Assembly: GCA_022798795.1 (NCBI GenBank)
Contig: JAAWNF010000002.1
Span: forward strand, 1,871-65,870
Length of the DNA stretch: 64,000 nt
Source: Bacilli bacterium
GTDB lineage: Bacteria; Bacillota_I; Bacilli_A; RF39; UBA660
Reading direction: 5' to 3'
Made by a program: the position numbers and the translations under genes. Shown here in pieces: positions 1-8,767 of this stretch. The first letter of the stretch is position 1; each line of letters opens with the position of its first letter. The notes beneath the pieces were generated by a model. The model was not told where the DNA came from. It searched no databases and saw nothing but the letters and a program-made list of their open reading frames with translations.

Positions 1-359
1 ACTATATTGTCTCTTGTCAAATGATACGTTGTAGAATAGATGGCCTCATCTAAACCATATACATTCAAACTTCTAATCTTGTCAATGCTTTCTAATTCAG
101 GATTACACATCGTATAAAGCTTCGTTTGTAATCCTTTTTTATGAGCATATGAAATAACATGTTCTATCTCTGGATATAAAGTTGCTTCCCCACCAGTAAA
201 TACAACACTGGATGCTTTTAATAAAACTGCCTCATCAATAATTCTTTTCACAAGGTCATAATCTAAATAACGAAATTCTATTTCTTTGGCTTCACTAGAA
301 CAATGAACACACCATCTCTTACATTCTTCTGTTACTTCTATTTTTACTTCTTTTATCAC
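1..359 (-). CDS. Radical SAM protein, N-terminal fragment. The gene continues beyond the window start. The likely GTG start at 359 is preceded by a GAGGGA SD.
   Basis: Reverse-strand translation gives ...IKEVKIEVTEECKRWCVHCS...VVFTGGEATLYPE. This carries the CxxxCxxC 4Fe-4S/SAM motif typical of SPASM/peptide-maturase-like radical SAM enzymes. Confidence 0.6.
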   Translation of the reverse strand, partial: MIKEVKIEVTEECKRWCVHCSSEAKEIEFRYLDYDLVKRIIDEAVLLKASSVVFTGGEATLYPEIEHVISYAHKKGLQTKLYTMCNPELESIDKIRSLNVYGLDEAIYSTTYHLTRDNI

Positions 360-457
360 AGAATATCCCTCTTTTCTCAAAAAAAATATATTTATTATCA
401 TAACACCTTTTCAAAGATTGTCAAGAAACTGTGCTATAATGAAAGAGGTGATAAAAC

Positions 458-1036
458 ATGCAAAGTATTAAAAATACAGTCTTAAATACCATAATCATTC
501 AAAAATCAAAATTTATTTGTAAACTAGTTTCTGTACAAAATATAGAAGAAATAAAACAAGAATTAGAACAGGTAAAAAAAGAATATCAAAACGCCACACA
601 TTACTGTTATGCTTATATTTGTGACAATCATATTCATGTATCAGATAATGGAGAACCAAGTGGAACTGCTGGTATGCCTATATTAAATGTACTTCAAAAA
701 CAAAATTTGAATTACATTCTTGCTATCGTTATTCGCTATTTTGGCGGCATTAAATTAGGAGCTGGCGGTTTAGTACGTGCTTATTCCAATGCTACTGTAG
801 AAGCATTAAAAAAAGCAACTTTTATCAATTTTGTTCCAGGAAAGATTATCACTTGTACATTTTCCTATCCAGAAGAAAAACAAATGGAACATCTATTATC
901 TAATACCCAAATTATAGAAAAAAAATATCAAGAACAAATTATGTATAAAGTAAAAATATCAAATGAAGAATTTGAAAAAATGAAAAATCAACTTCTGCAT
1001 TTTCATATTGAAGAAGATATATTAATTGCTAAATAA
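458..1036 (+). CDS. yigZ: YigZ/IMPACT family protein (UPF0029)
   Basis: The GEPSGTAGMPIL and RYFGGIKLGAGGLVRAY motifs are present. An extended -10 (TGcTATAAT) and an AAAGAGGTGA SD lie upstream. Confidence 0.8.
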   Translation: MQSIKNTVLNTIIIQKSKFICKLVSVQNIEEIKQELEQVKKEYQNATHYCYAYICDNHIHVSDNGEPSGTAGMPILNVLQKQNLNYILAIVIRYFGGIKLGAGGLVRAYSNATVEALKKATFINFVPGKIITCTFSYPEEKQMEHLLSNTQIIEKKYQEQIMYKVKISNEEFEKMKNQLLHFHIEEDILIAK

Positions 1037-1084
1037 ATAACTTCGATTTGCAAAGTAAAATAAGCATTATTATTGACAAAAAAA

Positions 1085-1440
1085 AAGTACTATAGTACAA
1101 TGTATATAGATGAGGGAAACTTCATATCATAAAAAAGAGATACATTCTAATATTCCTATGTTAGGTGTTTACTCTCTATATATTAGGTAAGAAAAACACC
1201 AATTCAAAGCTGAGTTGGCGTTTTCTTTTAAGTTAATTCTTATTTTTAAGAACTATGATAGTGTAAAACACAATCATTGCAAATGCAATAATTAATTCCA
1301 AAAGAATTTATCCTTCCTATGAATTTTTTCATAAAAACCACCTCGATTCTATCATCTGTTGATGAAGAATTGAGTAAAACACCTAACTATCAGAATAGTA
1401 ACTCCATATTCATTATACATGAGGCTTCTACATTTTACAA
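1085..1440 (-). repeat. Copy 1 of a roughly 300-nt small-gene element. It has a promoter, a 5'UTR, a 28-aa ORF, a hairpin and a 3' region complementary to the 5'UTR. It is homologous to 24215-24600 and to the core at 49105-49325.
   Basis: Long shared blocks with 24215-24600: actatagta(c/g)aatgtatatagatgagg, aaaaaagagatacac, gttaggtgt...acacctaactatcagaat. On the minus strand there is TTGTAA-17-TGTATAAT at 1411-1440. Confidence 0.6.
1246..1332 (-). CDS. Small ORF (28 aa, MKKFIGRINSFGINYCICNDCVLHYHSS) inside element copy 1
   Basis: A GAGGTGG SD lies 5 nt upstream of the ATG. The SD, start and peptide core (R-I-N-S-x-G-I-N-Y) are conserved in the two other copies. Confidence 0.4.
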   Translation of the reverse strand: MKKFIGRINSFGINYCICNDCVLHYHSS

Positions 1441-1529
1441 TAGTATCTATCGAAATAGTTAATATATAAAAATCAGAAACCCATTTTTCACTCTTGTTTA
1501 TCATACCTTTTAAAATTCTATATTTAATA

Positions 1530-1575
1530 TAAAATAACACCTCTTTTCCTTGAGATGTTATTTTATATTAAAAAC
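1530..1575 (-). terminator. Intrinsic terminator downstream of murC
   Basis: An 11-bp stem (AAUAACAUCUC/GAGGUGUUAUU) is followed by a U-rich tract on the minus strand. Confidence 0.45.
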
Positions 1576-1583
1576 TATTTTTG

Positions 1584-2903
1584 TTAAACTTCTAAATTTT
1601 CTTTTAATCTTTTTTCAAATTCTGCTTGCAATACATAAATATCTTTACTACTCATGAATAACAACACTGCATTCTTATGTTTTAATAATTTATCGACTGT
1701 ATCTAAAGAAATATATTCTCCATTATTTAATTTTTCTAAAATCAATTCATAAGTAACATCATCATAGCCAATCTCTTCTCTATCTACTCCTACATCCATG
1801 ATATACGATTTATCAGCTAGATTAAGAGCCTCTGCAAATTCTTCTGCAAATTCTTTCGTTCTAGATAAAGTATGTGTTTTTAAAATGGCTACAATTTCTT
1901 TATCTGGATATTTTTGTTTGGCTGCTTTTATGGTTACTTTTACTTCAGTTGGATGATGAGCATAATCATCAACAGTTACAATATCGCCAATCACATTTTC
2001 CTTAAATCTTCTTTTGGCTCCACCAAATGTTTTTAAATTTTTTGCTACATCTTTGGCATCCATTCTTTCATAATAACAAACACCAATAACGGCTAAAGCA
2101 TTTAACAACATATGTTTTCCAAAAAGTGGTAAATCAAAATGTCCATAATAATTGCCTTCTACAAATACATCAAATTCTGTTCCATCATTCCTATATTCTA
2201 CATCTTTAGCTAAAATGTCATTATCTTCTTTTAATCCATAATAGAAAATTGGTGGATTTACTTCTAACACATGTGTATAAGGGTCATCTCCACAAGCAAT
2301 TACCATTTTTTCAGCTTTATTGGCAAAACTTTGATAAGCATCAATAACATCATCAATATTTTTATAATAATCGATATGGTCTAATTCAATATTCGTAATG
2401 ATTGCATATGTTGGGTCATAATCTAAGAAATGTCTTTTATATTCACACGCTTCTAATGCAAAATAGGAATTTTCTTTGCTCGCTTTCCCTGACCCATCTC
2501 CAATTAAATAATTACATCCTGTAATATTCGATAATACATGAGATAACATCGCTGTTGTTGTCGTTTTCCCATGACAACCTGAAACAGCAATCGTTTGAAA
2601 CATACCTGTTAATCTTCCAACCATTTCTTGATACGTATAAATTTTCAAATCTAGTTCCTTTGCTTTAGCAACCTCTGGATTATGGTCATTAAACGCATTT
2701 CCTTGTACAATAATCATACCAGGTTCTATATTTTTTTCATCAAATGGAAGAATCCGAATATTTTTTTCTAATAATGCTTCTTCTGTAAAAAAATGGTCTG
2801 GCTTGTCACTACCCTCTACTTCATACCCTAGGTCATGCATAATTTGTGCTAATGCACTCATGCCAGTCCCTTTTATTCCTATAAAATGATACATATTTTT
2901 CAT
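1584..2903 (-). CDS. murC: UDP-N-acetylmuramate--L-alanine ligase
   Basis: 439 aa. Mur ligase motifs are present: GIKGTGMSALA and the P-loop GCHGKTTTT. Confidence 0.9.
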   Translation of the reverse strand: MKNMYHFIGIKGTGMSALAQIMHDLGYEVEGSDKPDHFFTEEALLEKNIRILPFDEKNIEPGMIIVQGNAFNDHNPEVAKAKELDLKIYTYQEMVGRLTGMFQTIAVSGCHGKTTTTAMLSHVLSNITGCNYLIGDGSGKASKENSYFALEACEYKRHFLDYDPTYAIITNIELDHIDYYKNIDDVIDAYQSFANKAEKMVIACGDDPYTHVLEVNPPIFYYGLKEDNDILAKDVEYRNDGTEFDVFVEGNYYGHFDLPLFGKHMLLNALAVIGVCYYERMDAKDVAKNLKTFGGAKRRFKENVIGDIVTVDDYAHHPTEVKVTIKAAKQKYPDKEIVAILKTHTLSRTKEFAEEFAEALNLADKSYIMDVGVDREEIGYDDVTYELILEKLNNGEYISLDTVDKLLKHKNAVLLFMSSKDIYVLQAEFEKRLKENLEV

Positions 2904-2926
2904 CTCCTATTACTATTATACTTCAT

Positions 2927-3622
2927 TTATCCCAAAAAATTAAGTAGAAATGGTCCTAAAATAAGAATCATAATTAATGGCACAACAAATAATACTGAAA
3001 TAATACTTATTTTATTTGGAATTTTATTAATTTGTCCTTTAATTTCTAATATTTGTTTGTCTCTTAAAAAAGCAATTTGATTATACATTGTATCTAATAT
3101 ACTATTTCCAAAAATATTCGTTTGGGTAATATTTAAAATAATGTTATTGACTGTTTCTGATGGAATTCTTTTTTTCATATCTTCTAAAGCTTCTAATAAA
3201 GATTTTCCAAAATGAACTTCTAATAAAGACCGTTTAAATTCATCTGATAATTCCGATTTTACATTTGCTACGGTTACTTCTAATGAATTTTCAAGATTTC
3301 TTCCTGATTCTAATGTCAAAGTTAAAATTTCAAAAAAATACAAAGCTTCATGGTCAAGTTTTCGAATGCGCATCTTTAATGGTTTTGTTATAATCAAATA
3401 ATAATATGCATAATACCAAGCTAGTGTAATCGCAGGTGCAAATATATATGCATGCTTTGCTTGATACAATACAACTAGAAATACAATTAAGCAAGAAAGC
3501 AATTGAAGGTTAATGAATGCTGTCGCATCAAATTTAGACTTCCCTCCTAACATATCAATCTGCATTTGAATTCTTTCTAAATCTTTTTCACGATAAATTT
3601 TTCGAATGATATTATTTTTCAA
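2927..3622 (-). CDS. tadC: Type II secretion system F-family membrane protein (TadC-like)
   Basis: 231-aa polytopic membrane protein with GspF/TadC-like helices. It is the last gene of the Tad-like operon. Confidence 0.55.
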   Translation of the reverse strand: MKNNIIRKIYREKDLERIQMQIDMLGGKSKFDATAFINLQLLSCLIVFLVVLYQAKHAYIFAPAITLAWYYAYYYLIITKPLKMRIRKLDHEALYFFEILTLTLESGRNLENSLEVTVANVKSELSDEFKRSLLEVHFGKSLLEALEDMKKRIPSETVNNIILNITQTNIFGNSILDTMYNQIAFLRDKQILEIKGQINKIPNKISIISVLFVVPLIMILILGPFLLNFLG

Positions 3623-3628
3623 ATTTCA

Positions 3629-5143
3629 TCACATCCTAACCGCCATAATTTTTCTAACACACATAATATAAACAACATATAAAATAACAATAAAGAACGA
3701 TAACATAATTCCAAGTGGTGTTGTAAAAAATGGTAAAAAGTATTCTGGATTAATAACACTTACAAAAATTGTAAATAGAACTGGAACACAGAATAATACA
3801 TACATAATCATTTTAGAACTACTTGTTAAGGATTCTAATTCTAGCCATAGTTTTTTCTTGTTAAATAAGGACTCTTCAATCGAAGAAAATACTTTGATAA
3901 TATTCCCACCAGTTTTATTTAAAATACTTAAAGAAGCTGTTAAATAATTCACTTCTTCTAATTTAATTCGGTCTGCAAATCTTCCAAAAACAATATCCAC
4001 CGATAGTCCATAAGAAAGTTCTGCTCTCATTTTTTTAAACTCTTTGGCAATGGCTCCATCTAATTCAGTCATAACTAATTCTATGGCTTGTGTAATACTT
4101 CTTCCAGATTTAAATGCATTGTTCATAATAATAATCGCTTGCAATAAATCGTTTTCAATATGTCTTCTATGCAGCTTATGTTTTGAAATATACAAAATAT
4201 CTGGGACAAAAAATCCAAATATAAATGGAAAAATTATTTCATATGAATTCATCAATTCAATTTGCAAGGTAGATGATATAATTGCAATGATTACAAATAA
4301 AACTGCAATTAATATTTTAGCTGATACAAAATCGATACCAGTTCTATTTTCATCTCCCATAATTCCAACATATTTTTCATAACGATTCGAATATTTTTTT
4401 AAAAAAACAGACTTAGATACATACTTGCTCATTCGTTTTAATAATTTTGCATAAAATTGATAATATCTATCAAACAATGATAAAGAATGGTCATTTAAAG
4501 AATCAATACTATATTTTTTGATTCGTTGCTCTAATTTTACACTTTTTCTATAAGATAACATCGCAAATATAATCCCTACTAGCGCTGTTATAATTCCTAA
4601 TTGAATGAGAATAACTCCAAAAGTATCATCTTTGACAACATTAATCATCATCGTTTTCGTTGTCGTATTTCCAGCACTATCAGTCACTGTATAAACTAAT
4701 TTTTTTAATCCAATTTCATCAAAGTTTAATTCCTCTACATTGGTTGTTACTTGTTCCAATAAATCTCCATCTTGTGTATCATACGCTTTTACATCTGCCA
4801 TTGGATAAAGAATTGATCCAACTCTCATTTTTAAAGAATCGCTTCCAAGTAAGATTACAGGGGCATCTTTATCTATTTTATAAACTCCACTTTGGATTTC
4901 TGTTTTTCGATTGTAATAATCATAGGATTCTATTTTAATTTGGTAGGTTCCAGATTCATCTAATATAATATCTATTGCTTTATCTCTCTCAATACTTTCA
5001 CCACTACTTGGAACACCATTTTTAAATACTGTATATGTATATCTCATAACAAGTTGGTTTGGAGTATATGTAATAGTTATATCTTGATTCGTTGGTTTTT
5101 CTACTGATTCTAAACTAAAACCAGTTTCTTCCAAATTTTCCAT
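3629..5143 (-). CDS. tadB: TadB-like platform protein with an N-terminal roughly 170-aa Ig-like (DUF5011-like) domain
   Basis: The C-terminal half has T2SS-F/TadB-like TM segments. The N-terminus shows ...KAYDTQDGDL...YTVTDSAGN..., typical of bacterial Ig-like/DUF5011 domains. No signal peptide is present. Confidence 0.55.
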   Translation of the reverse strand: MENLEETGFSLESVEKPTNQDITITYTPNQLVMRYTYTVFKNGVPSSGESIERDKAIDIILDESGTYQIKIESYDYYNRKTEIQSGVYKIDKDAPVILLGSDSLKMRVGSILYPMADVKAYDTQDGDLLEQVTTNVEELNFDEIGLKKLVYTVTDSAGNTTTKTMMINVVKDDTFGVILIQLGIITALVGIIFAMLSYRKSVKLEQRIKKYSIDSLNDHSLSLFDRYYQFYAKLLKRMSKYVSKSVFLKKYSNRYEKYVGIMGDENRTGIDFVSAKILIAVLFVIIAIISSTLQIELMNSYEIIFPFIFGFFVPDILYISKHKLHRRHIENDLLQAIIIMNNAFKSGRSITQAIELVMTELDGAIAKEFKKMRAELSYGLSVDIVFGRFADRIKLEEVNYLTASLSILNKTGGNIIKVFSSIEESLFNKKKLWLELESLTSSSKMIMYVLFCVPVLFTIFVSVINPEYFLPFFTTPLGIMLSFFIVILYVVYIMCVRKIMAVRM

Positions 5144-5158
5144 AGAATCACCTACTTT

Positions 5159-6484
5159 CTATTCAAATATATCACTTAGTGTATTAATTCCTCTTGATTT
5201 GATTGTTTTATAAACGTTTGGAATACGGTCATGCAAAATAAATTCTCCCAATACATCCCCGTTTTCTTTCACTCCATCTTGTCTAAATGTAAATATTTCT
5301 TCCATTTTAATCGCGTTGTCTTCAATTCCAGTTATTTCACAAATACTGGTTACTTTTCTTCTTCCATCTGTTAATCTAGACACTTGAACAACAATATTAA
5401 TTGCTCCTTCAATATATTCACGAATCGCCCTAATTGGTATCTCCATTCCTGCCATTAACACCATTGTCTCCAAACGGTTTAAAGCATCTATCGGACTATT
5501 GGCGTGCATGGTTGTTAAAGAACCATTATGCCCTGTATTCATGGCTTGCAACATATCAAAAGCTTCTTTTCCACGAACTTCTCCAACAATAATACGGTCT
5601 GGTCTCATACGTAGAGAATTAATTACCAAATCTCGAATCGTGATTGCTCCTTCTCCTTCATAGTTGGTTAACCTTGTTTCTAAGGAAATAACATGTTCTT
5701 GTTCCAATCTAAGTTCTGCTGCATCTTCAATCGTGATAATTCTCTCATGTGGAGAAATAAACGAAGATAAAACATTTAATAAAGTTGTTTTTCCACTTCC
5801 TGTTCCTCCACAAATAATAATATTCAATTTTGCTTCTACACAAGCCTCTAAGAATCTTGCCATATAAGGGGTTAGTGCTCCTGTCCTTAAAAAGTCCTCA
5901 ATATTAGCAAGCTCCTCTTTAAATTTACGAATTGTTAGAACTGGTCCATTTAAAGAAAGTGGTGGAATAACAGCATTCAATCTGGAACCATCTACAAGCC
6001 TTGCATCAACCATAGGATTGGCTGTATCAATCGTTCTCCCAAGAGGCTGAATCATTCTTTGAATTGTTCTCAAAATATGGTCCTCATTAATAAAAGAAAT
6101 ACTATTGTCTCTTACCACACGACCTTCTAATTCAATATAGATTTCGTCTTTTCCATTCACCATAATTTCTGTAATATCATGGTCTTCTAATAATTCTGTT
6201 AATGGTCCATTCCCACTAATTTCATTATCTATCAAATTATATAAATAGCTTCTTTCCACATTGGATAAGTCATAACCATCAATGGTTCTATCAATTTGTG
6301 TTTTCACAAAGTCTGTCATATCTCTGGCTTTTGTAATATTGTTATCAATTAAGTTTTGAATTATTTTTGTGCGAAGTTCATCTAACAATATTTTATTTGG
6401 AAATGCTTCATAATCTGAAACATAAGCAACTTCTGGAGTTTCTATTTGAACATCAAATTCTTCTACAAATTTTTTCCTTGCCAT
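5159..6484 (-). CDS. cpaF: CpaF/TadA-type secretion ATPase
   Basis: Walker A GGTGSGKTTLLN, Asp box, Walker B and His box (LTTMHANS) of the VirB11/CpaF family are present. Confidence 0.85.
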   Translation of the reverse strand: MARKKFVEEFDVQIETPEVAYVSDYEAFPNKILLDELRTKIIQNLIDNNITKARDMTDFVKTQIDRTIDGYDLSNVERSYLYNLIDNEISGNGPLTELLEDHDITEIMVNGKDEIYIELEGRVVRDNSISFINEDHILRTIQRMIQPLGRTIDTANPMVDARLVDGSRLNAVIPPLSLNGPVLTIRKFKEELANIEDFLRTGALTPYMARFLEACVEAKLNIIICGGTGSGKTTLLNVLSSFISPHERIITIEDAAELRLEQEHVISLETRLTNYEGEGAITIRDLVINSLRMRPDRIIVGEVRGKEAFDMLQAMNTGHNGSLTTMHANSPIDALNRLETMVLMAGMEIPIRAIREYIEGAINIVVQVSRLTDGRRKVTSICEITGIEDNAIKMEEIFTFRQDGVKENGDVLGEFILHDRIPNVYKTIKSRGINTLSDIFE

Positions 6485-6494
6485 AATATTCCTC

Positions 6495-7256
6495 CTATTT
6501 TTTTTCTTTCATCAATGAAGTAGCCATGTTTTTAAAGCCTTCAATTGTTTTTCTATGTTTAGAAGAGACTCCTTTGTTTAAAGTTAAAATGCTCCCCTCT
6601 AAGACATATTTATCTATATTTTTCAAATAAAAACTTTTTGGAATTATATAATCAATTCCCTCTTTCAAAATATTTTTCACATCATATTTTGAAAATTGGT
6701 CTTTGCCAGGATGTGAAGCATCATTTAAAATAATTTTATAATTATCTTGCTCCATGTCCTTATGAATTGCAATTCTAGTAGCCATATTTTTTAAATTCGC
6801 TGGGTCATTATTCACAACATATAATACTTGGTCACTCGCATCAAGAGCTACTAAAGTAATATCATTCAAAAAGTGATTGGTATCAATCAAAATCACATCA
6901 TAACGATATATGACTTTTGATAATACGACTGAAATATATTTGCTTCCTACTTTACTTGCGTTTCTAGGGTCTTTCGGCGATGGAATCACATCGATATCAT
7001 CATTATATTTTACTAAATATCTATCTATATTTTCAAAGCGATTACTGCTCAAATCATCTACTAATCTATAAATATCTTGTTCATTCGAAATATTTAAAGA
7101 AAGGGCAATGGCTCCTCCATATAAATCCAAATCAATAATAAGTACTTTCTTTTTTTGAAGACTAAAAGCACCTGCTAAATTTAAAAGTGTCGTTGTTTTT
7201 CCAGTTCCTCCTTTTACAGATGCAATTGTAAATACTTTTGCCTTTTCTAAAGCCAT
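6495..7256 (-). CDS. cpaE: CpaE-like ParA/MinD-family ATPase of the Tad locus
   Basis: Deviant Walker A SVKGGTGKTT and MinD/ParA-like architecture. It is positioned next to cpaF. Confidence 0.6.
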   Translation of the reverse strand: MALEKAKVFTIASVKGGTGKTTTLLNLAGAFSLQKKKVLIIDLDLYGGAIALSLNISNEQDIYRLVDDLSSNRFENIDRYLVKYNDDIDVIPSPKDPRNASKVGSKYISVVLSKVIYRYDVILIDTNHFLNDITLVALDASDQVLYVVNNDPANLKNMATRIAIHKDMEQDNYKIILNDASHPGKDQFSKYDVKNILKEGIDYIIPKSFYLKNIDKYVLEGSILTLNKGVSSKHRKTIEGFKNMATSLMKEKK

Positions 7257-7257
7257 A

Positions 7258-7635
7258 TTATCCCTCTTTCTTAATCCTTTTTTTGCCGTTTATAAATTCT
7301 CCTTGATAAGATAATTTGATAGTGTAATCTTTGGAAAGAAAAATAGTATCTATTCGCTTCTCCATTCCAACAGAAACTTTCTCATTTTTTATTTCAATTC
7401 TAATTTCATAGATATCTTTAATATTTTCTTTTAATAAATGAGTCATATTCACTTTCAAAGTTGATTCTTCTTCTTTTATGTGGTCTAATGCATAAGAAAT
7501 AGAATCTCTCATTGCATGCTCTATTTTTCGCTTTTCATTATAAGCCATTCCAATATCTACAATAAAACCTACAAGCAATAATAAAAATGGTAATAAGATT
7601 AAAAACAGTACAAGAACTTGCCCCTTTTTATTCAT
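7258..7635 (-). CDS. TadE/TadG-like pseudopilin
   Basis: The N-terminus MNKKGQVLVLFLILLPFLLLLVGFIVD resembles the TadE prepilin-like leader plus hydrophobic helix. Confidence 0.5.
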   Translation of the reverse strand: MNKKGQVLVLFLILLPFLLLLVGFIVDIGMAYNEKRKIEHAMRDSISYALDHIKEEESTLKVNMTHLLKENIKDIYEIRIEIKNEKVSVGMEKRIDTIFLSKDYTIKLSYQGEFINGKKRIKKEG

Positions 7636-7963
7636 TTGAAATCACCCTGCTCGCTTTAATTTGATAGTTTTTTCCCAAGATTCGATTCAGTCCTGGTGTA
7701 TTCACTACCACTTTTCTTGACAAGGTAATGGTTGTAGTGGTACTTTTTTTTTCAATATCAGATTGTAGTTTTTTTTGTTTTACAAAGTAATTTACTTCTG
7801 TTATTTTATTTTGCTTTACTAATTCTACTACATAATCCAAATCATTTTCTAATGTATACTCTTTATAAAGAATATTTCCAAAGTCTATTGCTCCTAATAT
7901 TAATAGCAATAAAACTGGTAATATTATAATAAATTCGACCAATGCTTGCCCTTTATTCTTCAT
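7628..7963 (-). CDS. tadE: TadE-like pseudopilin
   Basis: MKNKGQALVEFIIILPVLLLLILGAIDFG carries the classic TadE G/xxxxEF processing motif and hydrophobic helix. Confidence 0.6.
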   Translation of the reverse strand: MKNKGQALVEFIIILPVLLLLILGAIDFGNILYKEYTLENDLDYVVELVKQNKITEVNYFVKQKKLQSDIEKKSTTTTITLSRKVVVNTPGLNRILGKNYQIKASRVISNE

Positions 7964-8153
7964 CTTACCACACTCTCATATTCTATATAAAATTATACCA
8001 AATAATCACTATTACGACAAGAAAAAGTTTGGGCAAAACCAAACTTTCAATCTAAAATTTTAAAAATTTTATAAAAAATCATAATATTTCATCTCTATCA
8101 AAATCAAATTTATTTTCACAATAAAAGAGCTATTTTCATAACTCTTTTTCTGA

Positions 8154-8714
8154 TTAAGCTTTTACATTTTTATTTTTACGAACTAATATAATCATTAATC
8201 CTAATGATAAAAGGGCTGCACCTGCTACAGGGAATACATAAGCTACATCTCCTGTATTTGGACTACTTGGTGCTCCTTTTTTCTTATATTTAATACATAG
8301 TGAATGTGCTACATCAGCTACATCTGTACTTAACAAACTATTTGCATTTGTAATATTTGAAAAAGTATAAACGCCATCTGCAGATGGTTGTACATATTGA
8401 CGGTCCACTAATACAGTATCAATTTCATAACCTTCATTTACAGTTACTTGAAATGTCTGAGTACATCCAGGATTTACTTCTACATAAAGTTGTTGTCCAC
8501 TTTTTATTGTTATAATATTGCTTGAACTGCTATCAGCTGGAGTTACTGTACAGCTATTTTTTGTTGTTGTAATTGTACCATAATCAATTCCACTTCCATC
8601 TTGTCCATTTATTACGTCAATTTTTAAATTTGCTGCACTTGCACTAGCTACTCCAAGCCATAGAGAACAAAATGCAATTGCAAAAAAGCTCATCATTTTT
8701 ACAGTTTTTTTCAT
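8154..8714 (-). CDS. Secreted surface protein with a C-terminal (S/P)PXTG cell-wall sorting signal (SPNTG); a likely sortase substrate
   Basis: It has an N-terminal Sec signal peptide (MKK...ASASA). At the C-terminus, SPNTG is followed by a hydrophobic segment and a KNKNVKA tail. Confidence 0.65.
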   Translation of the reverse strand: MKKTVKMMSFFAIAFCSLWLGVASASAANLKIDVINGQDGSGIDYGTITTTKNSCTVTPADSSSSNIITIKSGQQLYVEVNPGCTQTFQVTVNEGYEIDTVLVDRQYVQPSADGVYTFSNITNANSLLSTDVADVAHSLCIKYKKKGAPSSPNTGDVAYVFPVAGAALLSLGLMIILVRKNKNVKA

Positions 8715-8767
8715 AAAACACTCTCCCTTATCTTACATTACCATTATCTAACAATTTTTTTATAATG

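Noticed and set aside
303-485. 60-aa plus-strand ORF
   Set aside because: It lies antisense to, or overlaps, the radical SAM gene start and the yigZ promoter region. It is low-complexity with no SD.
1085-1396. Repeat element as a T-box or other known riboswitch
   Set aside because: It has no T-box GGUGGNACCGCG motif or other recognisable aptamer signatures. It sits downstream of convergent genes rather than upstream of a regulated gene.
4044-4938. Plus-strand ORFs (112 and 92 aa) inside the tadB-like gene
   Set aside because: They are antisense to a well-supported minus-strand CDS, hydrophobic or low-complexity, and have no SD.
5664-5867. 67-aa plus-strand ORF inside cpaF
   Set aside because: Antisense to a strongly supported ATPase gene.
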